A stretch of DNA of 64,000 bases, from positions 50,468,001 through 50,532,000 of the forward strand of contig NC_083281.1 in NCBI RefSeq assembly GCF_963506605.1. The letters run 5' to 3'. Under the pieces are notes generated by a model. It saw nothing but the letters and a program-made list of their open reading frames with translations. It was not told the origin of the DNA and searched no databases. The position numbers and the translations under genes are program-made. Of the stretch, positions 1 through 12,233 are shown one piece after another. Positions within the stretch are counted from its first letter, which is position 1, and each line of letters opens with the position of its first letter. The DNA is from Zootoca vivipara (lineage: Eukaryota).

Positions 1-3000
1 TCCTACTCTTCCACCATGTCTCTTCTTCTCCCACACAGGTGGGGGAATTTTGCTGAGTCTTGTTTTGCCTCCATAGAATCTCAGTTCAGTGTTATGTACA
101 AACCAGGGACCATGCTTTACAACAAATGATAGAAAGTTAAACAAGCAAGTTTCATAACCAATATCCTTGGTTGGTACATAAAGATAAGCCAATGTTTTGT
201 TTGTTTGTTTTTTAAAAGCAAATCTAAACTTGATAGAACTGCTCCTTCCAACTGCAGGGGTGGAAGATAGGGGAAGGGAAAGTGCATGAGCATGCTGCTT
301 CACTCTGGCTCATAGAGACTCATATCCATGTAGCACTAAATCATGGTTTAGTGTTATGTGTGGACACAGCCATTGTTTCCCATTCAACTTAAACATGGCT
401 ATACTGCATGCATTTCATGATAATAGTGGTTCACAGCACACAGAAGCTTCAGCAGTGACAGAATAACTCAAATACATATTTACAGGAATACCAGTGGCTC
501 ACCAAGAGTGCACATTTTGATGAAGCCAAAGACCGATGCACACGCAAAGAGAACACCTAGGTTTCAGTGGACTTTTAATATGTTGATCCGGAAAGCAAGG
601 CTGGAAAAAAATATTTCAAAATCGTAAGCAGTTACCCAAACTGTTAGGTGCCAGTCCTGAGAGAGCTCAGGAAAACATTCAGTTCCCAGGGTGCCAGCAT
701 CAGATTCCTGTGGACAAGTGTTCAAGCTAAGAGGAAGCCATAACACCATCGGCTGGGTACAGGATTTGTACATGAATCTCTAGTCATTTGGAATCAGCAG
801 AACAATTGTTGGAGCACACATGCTTTCATTTTCAAATTCTTGGCCTAAGTCTGCATGCACACTGACTCGAGAGTAAGCCAAAATGCCTTCAGAACACATA
901 TACTTAGGTCCAGGTTGCAAGTACAGCCAAAAAGCAGGTTAGGCTCTATGCTTTTTTCACCATTTCCCTTGGGTGTCGTATCCTTTCTGATGCAGAACAC
1001 TTGTTTGCTTTTTCAGGCACAATTGGGACAATCTCAGGTAGCCCTAAGCACTTAGAAATTTGAAATAATTATTCAGCCATCTGCAGCACCAGTGCCTCAA
1101 AATTTGATTCCAGCACCTAAAAATGGTAACACACTTAGGAATTGGAAATAGTTTTCCAGTTCTGCGCCGAACACCTAGTCAAAAATAGTATCAAGCCACT
1201 GGTTTACACATCTTGTCACTCTGTTACAGTCTGGTGTAATATCCTAGTTTGTTATACTACAAGCAGCTGTTTCATAACAACTGAGGGAAAAAAGGAGGAA
1301 GCTTACAATGATAAGAAATCGTTGCCCTAGCAAGTTATTACAACACTACTTTCCCGTACTTTGCCTGCAAGTTGTTCCTCTGACAGAAGCTTGAAACAGC
1401 TCCTCCCCTCCCCTTCCCCCAATACATTTCTCAAAATATAAAATATAAACCATCTGTATTTAACCTGGAAACACACAATTTCAAAAATATCATCTGGTGG
1501 AGTATATAAATAAGGGAACATCTTACAATTCAAGACACAGCAAGTGAAGAACAGCAGAGGAGAAGGTACCCGCATGAGAACAGGAGACAAGGTTTCGTGG
1601 TCCAGACCAGCTTGAGGAAGAGAAGACTGTGGGGCTTGAGTAAGTCTTCCCTGATCTAGAAAGAAACTTCACTGCATAACCTCTCAAAAGCAGACACTTA
1701 CAAAACCCTCAGTGGAACTGAGAGAGCAGCGCTGTGCTCTGCTGAATTCTAGACATGAACAGACCACATCCCAAGAGACTGGGCTTTCTGTGCAGATTCT
1801 TCTCACATCATGGTGAACTGAAACCACCCAGACCTAAACACATTTAACTAGGCAATAAAAGTGGACGGGCAGATCATGTGTCGTCCCCCCCAACCTCCCA
1901 GCAGCTTGAGCCTGGCTCACCCCTTCTCCCCCATTCAAGATGCAGACAAATCAATTGTACTGATTCAGTAATCTGCATTGCCCTTTCCCACTGCTTCAGG
2001 CAGGCTACCTGCCATCTTTTGAAAGATACTGCTTGCACATTGATTAGCTTAAATGTATATTCACTCCCTCTTTCCTCTTTTTAAAAAGAGATTTGTTTCT
2101 TTTTCTTGCTGAAAACCTATTCCAGGGAAAAGGGGAAATGTGGGCTAGTGATGTCACTTAGCCTTCAGCCAATCAGCACTGTGCACAGCCAGCTCTTGCT
2201 GCAAATTGCAGGCTGGTTCTCCCTGATCCGGATATGGGAGAAGATTCTACACTTAAGCAAAATGCAGTGAGGGAGAGTTTCTACAGCGAGTTCTCTGTTT
2301 ATGGTATAATGTATGTCACCTACTCCTCACTGAGGAAGTTAACCTGTGTCTGGGCTGGACAGCCTCAAACTGCGGGAATGTCTCATATGATGGAGTGTCT
2401 TTTTAAAATCCCCACACACAGAAAACTAGCATGTGGGAGTGCGTTGTATTATAACCTTCCCTCTGACATGCCAATTTTCATGCTGGAGGGGTTTCTTATT
2501 TCTAAAAGAGGAGCATTCCATCAGGCCTGCCTTCATTGCAGTACTAGGTGTTACTATACCCAGAGATTGCTCTGCCTGAGTACTAAGCTGGAGTTGTCAT
2601 GGTGCTTACCTACCGTTAAATCTCTAATTAGAACCGCAAGCCTCCTTGTCAAGAGAGATTTGATCAAGGCTGGTTGGAGGGCAACTTAAAGGTGGTTGGA
2701 GATGGATAAAGTAAGCCACAAACAAACAAAGCTATTACCTATTGCAATCCAATGGAGGTTAATTTGGGAAGGGGACTTTTGGACTCTGTTTTCCACATCC
2801 ACTGGCCATAAGGAAAGATGAGCATAACAGAGAAGAGCCACCCCACGGCTCAGCCTTTAACGACGGATCATTTTCCTCCTCGGTCCTCACAGTCCTCACG
2901 TCCGACCATGCGCCCTATCCTAAAAGAAACTCTCCTGTATGTCGCCATATCTGTCGAGGGAAAGGAGCCTGCGGCTCTCCGCCGCCGGATCCCGGTAGAG

Positions 3001-3064
3001 GGCTCTGGCCAAGGTGGAGAGGAGGCCCCTCGAGCCGTCGCGGAACCTAGGCGCGCCTCATTCC

Positions 3065-4144
3065 TCAGATGAAGTGGATCCAGGCGCCGCCGCCCGGTTC
3101 GTGGCCCGAGGCGGCCGGCGGCCTCTGCCTGGCGCGCAGCCGGTAGTTGTGGCCGTCGTTGTTGTCCCAGTACTCAGCGTCGGCCACGCGGTAGCGAACG
3201 GCGAACTCCAGCAGCGTGGTGCCCGCGCCCACGGGCAGGTGGAAGGCGAAGCGGTCGCTGAGGCCGTTGGGCGGCGGCGGCAGGTAGGCGGCGGGCATCT
3301 CGTTGCAGCTGGCCCAGCGGTTGAGCGTGTAGCGCACAGACACGCTCTTCTCGAAGGCCACGTTGAGGACGCGCACGGCGCCGCGCAGCCCCGACGCCTC
3401 GGGGCGCACCCACTCCAGCTTCACCTTGTGCTGCCGGACGCGTTCGCCGAAACCCGCGCTGGCGCCCGGCTGCGGTGGGAAGAGGGGCTCCAGCACGGGC
3501 GCCGGAGGCCCGAAGAGCACCGGCTCCAGCTCGCCCAGCGACGGCGGCTTGCGCGTCTTGAGCAGGTCGGCGGCGCGCGGCAGTGGGAAAGGCGAGGCGG
3601 CCAGCGGCGCCGCCGGCGGCACACGGGGCACGTCGGCCTGGCAGAAGTGGCGCACGGCAATGAGTTCCAGGCCCAGCGAGTCGGCGAAGCGCACCGTTTT
3701 GCGGCGAGACGGGCTCTGCTGCAGGGCCGGCCGTAAGCCCCGCTCGCCCGGCGTGGGCAGAGACTTGGCTCGGCGCCGGAGGGTCGGGCTGGGAGGCACC
3801 GACGGCAGCGTGGGCTCCCGGCCGCGGGAAGACGGCGACGCGGGCGGAGGGGAGGTCGGCGGCGACGGGGAGCGAGGAGGGGGCAGCGGGTGCGGCTTCT
3901 GGGCAACAGCCGCTGCCACCGCCTCTCGGGTCACCGGCGGGGAGGGCGGCGGCGGCGAGGAGCACGGCGGTGGAGACGACGACGACAGCGGCCCCTCGAC
4001 GGTCTCGGGCTCCGGGCTGCAGCCCCCCTTGCATTGGTCGGCTAGGCTGCCGTAGAGGCAGGCGCTGCAGCTGAAGTTGCGCGGGAGGTAGAGGCGCGGC
4101 GGCGGCGTGGGCACCGACGTGTGCACGGAGCCGGCCTTCTCCAT
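3065..4144 (-). CDS. PPP1R3E: Protein phosphatase 1 glycogen-targeting regulatory subunit, PPP1R3D/E-like, 359 aa, single coding exon (symbol provisional)
   Basis: RVxF PP1-docking motif RKTVRFADSLGLEL; CBM21 motifs GAVRVLNVAFEKSVSVRYT and EYWDNNDGHNY; C-terminal WIHFI shared with PPP1R3D/E; RRRAKSLP motif; Kozak gccgccATGG. Family assignment is secure; exact orthology is not. Confidence 0.9.
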   Translation of the reverse strand: MEKAGSVHTSVPTPPPRLYLPRNFSCSACLYGSLADQCKGGCSPEPETVEGPLSSSSPPPCSSPPPPSPPVTREAVAAAVAQKPHPLPPPRSPSPPTSPPPASPSSRGREPTLPSVPPSPTLRRRAKSLPTPGERGLRPALQQSPSRRKTVRFADSLGLELIAVRHFCQADVPRVPPAAPLAASPFPLPRAADLLKTRKPPSLGELEPVLFGPPAPVLEPLFPPQPGASAGFGERVRQHKVKLEWVRPEASGLRGAVRVLNVAFEKSVSVRYTLNRWASCNEMPAAYLPPPPNGLSDRFAFHLPVGAGTTLLEFAVRYRVADAEYWDNNDGHNYRLRARQRPPAASGHEPGGGAWIHFI

Positions 4145-4220
4145 GGCGGCGGCAGTGGCGGGACGCTCTCCTCGGAGGGGGCTGTCGGGCAGGAGCCTCC
4201 GTTGACGAAGCCGGCGGCGG

Positions 4221-4247
4221 CTACAGCCGGATCTCCGGCGGCGCCAT
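4221..4247 (-). other. Upstream ORF (MAPPEIRL*) 5' of the PPP1R3 CDS
   Basis: Minus strand gcgcgccATGGCGCCGCCGGAGATCCGGCTGTAG. Strong Kozak, out of frame with the main ORF, stop 76 nt before the main ATG. Assumes the TSS is upstream and no intron removes it. Confidence 0.5.
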
Positions 4248-6795
4248 GGCGCGCCTGGGCACCTTTCCCGCTACCTCGGGGCTGGGCGGCCGCCGCTGGT
4301 CTGCTTGGCTCAGCTCACCTTGGCCGGCTTGCAGACGCGACGGGTCACGATGCAGCTAGGAGCCCAGCGCAGCGCCTTTCCTCTCGCTTGGTGCTGGGAA
4401 GACGTTCCTCTCGTTTCCGGCTGCGGGAACAACCGAGCGCGCACGTCGCTGCTGTGACCGTGAGTTGCCCGCTGAGCTCCGTGTCTGGCGGCGGCGGCGG
4501 CCCTACTCCCGCAGACCCCGGCACTATGGAGGGGGAGACCACCGTGACGCGCCGCGGCTCCCTGGCTGCTGCTGACGTCGTGGAGTCATGCAGCAGCAAC
4601 AGCAGCAAAATATACGCATCCCGGGCCTCGTGTCATCTTTCCAATTCATCACCGCTCTGCTCTCCGCCCCTTCATCTCTGCCTCACCCGCCCGCTCCTCT
4701 TCCCCCGTCGCCTCCCTCCTTGTCATCTCGGCTCACGATCAACCCCCCCCCCCCGCAAACTGTGACGATTGTGCCACCCGCGACCGCCTTCCTTCCTCTT
4801 CTTCTTCCCCCTCACCCCCCCCCCCGTGTCCTTAAGTACTTGATCCCAAAGCAAAGGGAGGGGGCGGCGGGAGGGATTCCCCCGGAGAAGCCTCCCTCCC
4901 CGCTCCAGTCTGTTACCGGAATAGCAGAATCAAAGGCTCCCTCCCTGGGAAGCATAAGACCGCGGCGGAGAGGAGATGCAGCAGGCTTGCGCGCCGGATC
5001 TGGCAGTGTAGATTTAAAAAGGAGGAAATCCAGTTTAATCCCATGTAATGCATTTTCAATAAATCGGCCACGCTCTGGAGTGCAGAGCTGCTCAGTCACG
5101 GTCAAGAACAAAAAGGTACTCATTAGGCGCCGAATGAGCTTGATTGGTTCCATTTTCTTGAAAGAAAGTTAATTATGGTTTTAATAAGGAAGATCAGGGG
5201 AGGGAAATAATGTGAGCAGAAGGAATTTTGTCACCTGTTAAATATTTCTCGGTTAAATATAATGCAGCCTCCATGTTTTGATTTGTGAAGGAGATTTATA
5301 AATAACAGGGAGAAACTAATCCTGTATTACAGGAGCATGGGAGCAACTAAGGGACTTGTGCTTGACTAAGCATAGGAAAGACCAAGCATCACTGCCATTT
5401 TGATGTATCTCTGAGTTAAGATTGTTGTAGTTTCTACCTGGACCCTTAATCTAGCAAAAAAAAATTAAACAGGATTCAGGCAAAGGACTCTGGAGGTGAC
5501 TAGAGCAGCAATAATTATGGAAGAGAGAGAGGTGACAACAAAGGAATTCCATATTAAAATCTTCTATACTAGTGCAAATAACAGCAAACCAAAATATCAC
5601 TAAGTAGTTTTCTTATCCGTCATTCCTGATCTCTTTAATGCAGGTACCAGAGGCAGATTTAGGGGTGCATGATCAGTTTGGTCACACTGGGTGTGGAGCC
5701 TTGGGAACGCCACAAATATGCTTTAGGATGGAGTACGGGATGTCAAATTTTGGCATCGCACAAAAACCTATAAAGGTTTAGCTGAGTCCTGTGTTCAGAG
5801 CCTTCAATTACCTGAAGTTTACGCTGGTCATCTTCCAGGAGGGAAGAAGGAAAGATGGATGATTTTAGGCTGATCCATGTCTGCTATATTCATCAGCAGG
5901 GAAAATTTAGAAATGAGAAGTAACTTTTTTGTTTATTTTAATACAATTTCATGTTCTATATATTCTATATATTTTGTTAATAAAACAAACCTTTGTTTAA
6001 AGTACAGCTTGTGTGGTTTGATCAACGGGGATTCTGCACAACCTATATTATCTCACCCCACACCTTGGGCCTTTTAACCGTGGTAGAGTTGGACTGCTTG
6101 CTCTTTATTCAGCAGGCGATTTAGCTAACTCTCCAATATGGTGGTTTTTAAGCTGCTTGTGGAGAAGCTATCTGTGGAAATGCTATCTGGAAAATCTCTG
6201 CACTTTTTGTAAAAAGGGTCATCCTTTCAGTGCTCAGGAGAGCAATTTGTACACCACGTACAAATAAATCATATGCTCTTAGGATTATTAGATGCCTGTG
6301 ATAGCTCATGTAAAATTATGCATCCTCAGATAAAAAAACAGCCAGCAGATTTTATCTGAAAACTCCTTTATGCCCACATACTTTGACAGAAATAGCAGTG
6401 TTCCTTGGGGACTTCTCATTCTAAGCAAGCCATGCTTGCTGAAAGTGTGGAATCCATTACATCGTATCTGGCAAAGGATTTTGCATCCTAAGGTGCCAAA
6501 CATCAATACAATAGCTAATTAAACTAATTGGGTTTTTGTAAACAATTGGTTATCCTTATTCAAACACTGAGAAACATGGTCAATTTTTAATGAATTTCAG
6601 ATCACTTACAAAGCTGCTATCTTGTGTAAACCACTAAACTCTAATGTTAGTGTTTGTGTCAGAAGAGGAATTGCAAGATATGTAGAAAAGAAGCAGTTTT
6701 TCAGCAAATTTAGAGCATGTTAAAAATATTTCAGAATTAGTTAATAAAGTCTCTCTTACTTTCCCTGTAACTTGGATAAATATAGGAGAGAGGAC

Positions 6796-7127
6796 TAAGG
6801 TAAAGGTAAAGGGACCCCTGACCATTAGGGTCAAGTCACGGACGACTCTGGGGTTGCGGCGCTCATCTCGCTTTACTGGCCATAGGAGCCGTTGTACAGC
6901 TTCCGGGTCACGTGGCCAGCATGACTAAGCCGCTTCTGGCGACCCTGAGCAGCGCATGGAAATGCCATTTATCTTCCTGCCAGAGCGGTACCTATTTATC
7001 TACTTGCACTTTGTGCTTTTGAACTGCTAGGTTGGCAGGAGCTGGGACCGAGCAACGGGAGCTCACCCCGTCGTGGGGATTAGAACCGCTGACCTTCTGA
7101 TCGGCAAGCCCTAGGCTCTGTGGTTTA
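6796..7127 (-). mobile_element. Sauria SINE (lacertid type), 5'-truncated
   Basis: Reverse complement of the consensus body (..CCGATCAGAAGGTCAGCGG..GCTCCTGCCAACCTAGCAGTTC..) with (ACCTTT)n tail; similar to three other copies here. Confidence 0.9.
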
Positions 7128-8539
7128 ATTATGTTTTTCCTTCTGTATTTTTTTTTGGGGGGGAGGGATGTTGCCAAATTTCTGTGACAAAGATTCTCTT
7201 TTCAGCTTTTGTATCTATCTGTTTCGGAAAGTAGTTTTTCCATTCATCTGTTCTCTATGCATTTGGACACCTTTTAAACCATCATTACCAAATTTGGCAT
7301 GATGATGTCTGAGATCAAGGAGCAGATTTTGTTCTTTGTTTGGGTATGATTGGATGCCATTTTGATTCAAGATGATGGACTGAATGTTCCTAACCATTGC
7401 TTTAAACTACTGATTTCAAAACTCCACTGATTTTTTTAGTTTCTCAGAATTCTTGAGCAATGTCAGATACACGGTTGCCAAACCTCTATAGCTGGAGAAA
7501 TAATTTAGCAAAGGTAATCTCTGTGTATAACTATTTGACACACACACAAACACACACATTTAGAACACTTCTATATTTCTTTTACAAAGTTTGAGATGAC
7601 TTCCAATAAAATAACACAATATTAACAAAACATAATTTAAAATTACATAAACGTCAACAGCTAAAAGCAGTGTGTTCTGTAGCAGTGCTCTTGCAGAATC
7701 AGAAATGCCCACTTTGTCAGAGACTTTTGGAAAAGAGCTGGGTTTCATGGCCTTTCTGAAAGACAATCACAAGAACTGTGTGACTTCAGACTTCAGGGTA
7801 GTGATTCTATAACTTCAATGGCCGTGAAGTCCCCGCTCTCTGTCCCCGCTTACTTCATGTGGGCACGAGGAGCTAGGGCCCTCATGTAGAAAATGGACTT
7901 TTTTTTTTTGCAGGATGGGTGGGTAGAAAGCATAGTTTCTTTGTGAGACAAACGTTAGTGTAGCAGAGAAAGCAGTCTGCAGTAGATTACATTTGTTGTG
8001 TTTTGGTCTGACACCCGCTCCCATGGAGCAAGGCAGGTTGCAGGACCACTGATAGACCTGAGTCGGTGACTTGTTCTGAATTTCTGACAGAAGCTGAGAA
8101 CAGACTGGGGCCTTCTAAGCCTCTGCCTCCAGACTACCTTTTCTAGTCTTTGCCCAATTTTAGTGGCTTCAGATTCTTAAAGGACCAACCCTCTATTCTG
8201 AAGAGGCACTGCTCCACCCTTCCATCGCCTTCTGCCTGGTGAGCACCCTGTCCTGCTGGAGCATTGAGGTACTGTGTGAGCCACTTGGTTCCCCAGGCTG
8301 AAGGGAAGGTGCCTGCTAGAATCCTGCCTCAACACCTAATGTCTCTGATGGTTTTGGATGTTCTTCTGAAGGTTCCTATCTGGCTTCCTTGGGTGCAGTG
8401 GTCTCCTGACCTCCAGTCAGAGCCTTCAACTTGGTTGGTCTCCTCAGCTGATGCCTCAGCAGCCTCTGACACTTGTGTCTGGATTGCTGCTGGATTCAAG
8501 GGTTGTGACAAACTTAAATTCCAAGTTTCTGAAAGAACG

Positions 8540-8925
8540 TATCACCCTGCCTGTGCACAAATATCTCTAGTGGAAGTCCTGGTAGTAATCCCTACACCCA
8601 GTGAGATCCATGGGGTGGGGACAAAGTGTGCTTTCTTAGTGCTGGCTCCCTACCTCTGGAATGACCTCTCTTCTGAACTGCATCTCACCATGACATTGCT
8701 CTTGCTTTTTCGTTGGGTGAAGATGCATCTCTTTGCTCAGGCTTTTGGAGAAGGGTGAGGTACACTGGAATGGATTTTTAAAAAATGCTGCTGTTTTGTT
8801 TACACATAATTTATGTTGGCTTCTTTAAATATTATTGTTTTACTTCTGGTTTCAATTGTATGCACTTCCACCCTGCAACCTTTGGATGAAGGGCATACTA
8901 TAAAAATGATAAATAAATAATAAAC
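8540..8925 (+). mobile_element. Degraded L2-type LINE 3' fragment
   Basis: Translates to ..AFLVLAPYLWNDL..VKMHLFAQAF, resembling the L2 ORF2 C-terminus; ends in an (AATA)n tail. Confidence 0.55.
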
Positions 8926-9984
8926 AACTACAATACATTCTTTGTTTTGAGAATATCTTTAGCTCAGGGGAATATGAAGGCACTTCTTTCAGAATTTCCT
9001 GAGTCACTGTGTTTTTCACTGCAGTCATGTGCTCATGCCCTTAGTGTGATGATTATCATTTTCTGCAAGGGCTTGTACCTGCTTAAACAGACATGCAGAA
9101 TTTATAAAAGAAAAATCTACAGATGAGCCAAGGAGGTTTAAATGGTCTCACTTCACTTTTGATTATGTCACACTGCTTTGATTAAAACAAGGAACACCCT
9201 TTCTGCTGTGTAAATAACAGTCATGTTATGATTCACTTAAATGAGCTTATTGCAGAACACACCTGTTCATAACCCTTCATAAAAGTTCATAGCAGAAAAG
9301 AAAATATATGAAAAACTGAAGGACTGAGCACTGGGAATATATGATTGTCACCCTCTGTCACAGAAACATGTTTAGCAGCTTTATTCAAAGGATGTTCAAA
9401 GGGCAATTTACTTTCTGAATTTTCAAACCTGATATAAAAATTAAACATGCTTGTGGAGTCTTATTACAGCAACAAGTTACAGGTATGTTAATTCTTACCT
9501 TAAACTTTGTAACAATATGAACCTAACTTTGTATATACCAGAAATATCTAGTTATAAACCACCTATAAGCAGGAACCAGATTTCACACAGACAATATCTC
9601 TTCTAAGATTAAATTTATGATCCAGGAACTGTAAATATAAAGGTTGTGTCCTCTTCATTTCAAACTTGTATCTCAGGAAGGTAGTAGTAAACCAGAAGTT
9701 ACAAACAACAGTTCAAAGGTTTTGGTGTTGTGTTACTCACTCACTAGGTAAGCCCCTTCCCTTCCCATAGAAATTAGGTTTAATCGAAGTATACGTAAAC
9801 CCTAAGCAAACAACTCCAACCACTCTTCCTTTGCTTACTTACCTTTACTTGACTGCACAGAGCAAAGGAACAGGTGAAAGATTTGTTTCCTTGCTGGTGT
9901 AGGATTCTGAGGGAGAGCCCAAGGTGACTTCACAACCATACATTTAAAGCACGACTTAAAACAGCTGTGGCTTTTTCTAAACGG

Positions 9985-10307
9985 CCTCAGCCGAGTATAC
10001 CTGAAGGAGCATCTCCAACCCCATCGCTCAGCCGAGAAGCTGAGGTCCTCCTCCAAGGGTTTTCTGCTGGTTCCCTTACTGCAAGAAGCAAAGTTACAGG
10101 GAACCAGCCTTCTTGGTAGTGGCGCCCTCCGTGTGGAATGTAAAGGAGATAAAGACTTACACAACTTTTAGAAGACATCTGAAGGCAGCCCTGTATCGGG
10201 AGGTTTTTAATGCTTGATGTTTTTATTATTTTTTAGATATAAGCCGCCCAGAGTGGCTGGGGAAACCCAGCCAGACGGGTGGGGTATAAATAATAAAATT
10301 ATTATTC
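9985..10307 (+). mobile_element. L2-type LINE 3' end
   Basis: Degenerate ORF2 end (YLKEHL..LRSSS..VAPSVWN..FRRHLKAALYREVF), then GCCCAGAGTGGCTGGGGAAACCCAGCCAGA..GGGTATAAATAATAAA. The same terminus recurs at ~18700 (-) and ~40530. Confidence 0.7.
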
Positions 10308-11374
10308 ATTACTTATTTTCCCATATGAAACACTGGGGATTGTAGCTGTGCGTGGGAAATAGGGGTCTCCTAACAATTCTTAGGACCCTTAACAAACTGC
10401 AGCTCCCAGAATTATTTGTGGGAAGCCATCACTGTTTAAAGTTGTATCATTGTGCTTTAAATATATGGTGTGAATGTGGCCTGTCAGAAGGCACAGAGCT
10501 CAGATTCCTGACTTTCCACTCCACTTGCTCATAAGATCAGTTACACTTCCCTTATTTTAATTTCTTTAATTTCTCTTTAGTGTGAAACTGCATCTCATGC
10601 TCCAGGTTTTTGGATAGCTGGGAACTCCTTTTAAGACTTTTAATTGTAAAACTTGCTGTCCAAAGCAACACCCATATACCCACTGTCTTTTGTTTCTGTG
10701 TAATAAACTAATATGTTTATACTTCCTGGTGTGACAGGTTCTTAGCTGAGTATATGGGTGAAAGGTATATATGCATTTTAAATAGACAGGTGTCCTGTCT
10801 CCACGCAAAAGGCTTCATTTCTCTCAGTAGGGTATTGCTGGCTTCATAGACATGATGTGGGTTCAAACGTACAGCTCATAACACATTTTTCTGATTTCTT
10901 CTGAGTGCACGGTGCTCGCTGTATGAGTCAGCCACATAGGAAGCTGAACTGACATGTTTACTCCCAGGTGACAGATTATCTCGACATAGCGGAAAATTGC
11001 TAAAGGAGTGACTCTCTTGACCCTCGCTGCTAGTAGCAATACATTTTTGAAGCTGAATTTTGTTGCACGTGTGGCCTGTCCTATCTGTATTTGCGATGGA
11101 AACACATGTTCAGATTTCTGATGGGGAGCAGAGAGGGGCAGTTTTATGGGGTGAACAGTTGCCAGGGGAAGGGCTAAGCTCTCCTTTCCCTCTGGCTGCT
11201 GCAAAGCTCCCTCTCCCAACAACTCTCGATCCAAGAAGGGCCATTGGCCTAGTAGTGTTACACACTGAGTCTGGCCAAAATCATCATGGTGGAGGGACTC
11301 TTTATCTTAATGTTCTGTCTTGGCTCACTTCTTGATGTGCTAGCTTTCAACTTGCAGAGCTTATGGGATGATGC

Positions 11375-11620
11375 TGATGCTGAGAGCCAGGGCGGTAACT
11401 GTCAGACTCGGTTATCATGTGGGACTAGCACCAAGGGAGACTGGTGTCCAAAATCCAACTCGGCCACATGGAAGTCACACGCTGGGTGACTTTGTTCGGG
11501 CCAGTAACCAGCCCAATCCACCTCGCAGGGCTGTTGTGAGGATTAAATGAGGGCGAACCGTGTGGCCCACCCTGAATCCCTTGGAGGAAAAGGGGGGATA
11601 TAAATGCAAGGAATAATGCT
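11375..11620 (+). mobile_element. Old CORE/MIR-like tRNA-derived SINE
   Basis: CORE-like ACCTCGCAGGGCTGTTGTGAGGATTAAATGAG; a related copy lies at ~61330-61500. Confidence 0.55.
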
Positions 11621-11629
11621 GGTAATGAG

Positions 11630-12190
11630 CCCCTCTCGCCCCCCCCCTTTGTTCGCTACTTCTCCCCCTCAGGCCTGGCTTCCTAAACCGCCGCCGCCTC
11701 CCCTTGGCCCCGCCCCTTTTCCTCCCCTCCCTCACAACGACCGCTCCCGTCTCCCGGGGCAACGGCTTTGAGGAGGGAGGGGGCGGGCGGTGACGGCGAC
11801 AGAGGCGCGGGGCGGCGAGGGGACTGTGAGCGCACCGGAGGCCCCACCTCCCGGAGCAGCGCCAGTGCTGCCGCCGCCGCCGCCGCTCAACAACCGGGTC
11901 CGTCCGTCGGTGTGCCCTCGTCGCCGTGTTCCCCTCCTTCCCTCTCTGGGTCCCGCGTGAGGGACTGGCAGGCGAAGGAGGAGGCTGAGGCGGGTGACAA
12001 GACTTGCGGGGGGCGGAGGAAGGGGCACGAGGAACGCCAAAAGGAGGCCTTATTATGGGGTGAGTCCGAGGGGGCCAGAGAGAGGAGGGGGACGGGCGGA
12101 GGACCCGGGCCGACACTGGAGCCACGCCACGGGGGCAGTTCGGGAAAGCAAGGCGAGGCGGGGGACCTCTGAGCGCGTGCAGAGCGCCCC
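11630..12190 (+). promoter_or_regulatory. C16orf46: CpG-island promoter and probable non-coding first exon of C16orf46 (donor GTGAGT at 12060)
   Basis: CpG island 3.7 kb upstream of the first coding exon; GC box CCCCGCCC; X-box-like GTCTCCCGGGGCAAC at 11749-11763; consensus donor GGG|GTGAGT. Confidence 0.6.
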
Positions 12191-12233
12191 CACAAAGTAA
12201 CTGGAACTCTTACTCTGCCCATAGTGTCTAGCC

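Larger units (their letters stand above)
2950..5150. promoter_or_regulatory. CpG island covering the PPP1R3 CDS and promoter
   Basis: Very GC- and CpG-rich; CRE-like TGACGTCG at ~4573, several TGAC half-sites, ATTGG (CCAAT box) at ~5143. Boundaries approximate. Confidence 0.8.

Noticed and set aside
3014-5172. Long overlapping ORFs (240, 286, 230, 161, 214, 194 aa) around PPP1R3
   Set aside because: Shadow frames of a very GC-rich CDS/CpG island; low complexity, no recognisable domains.
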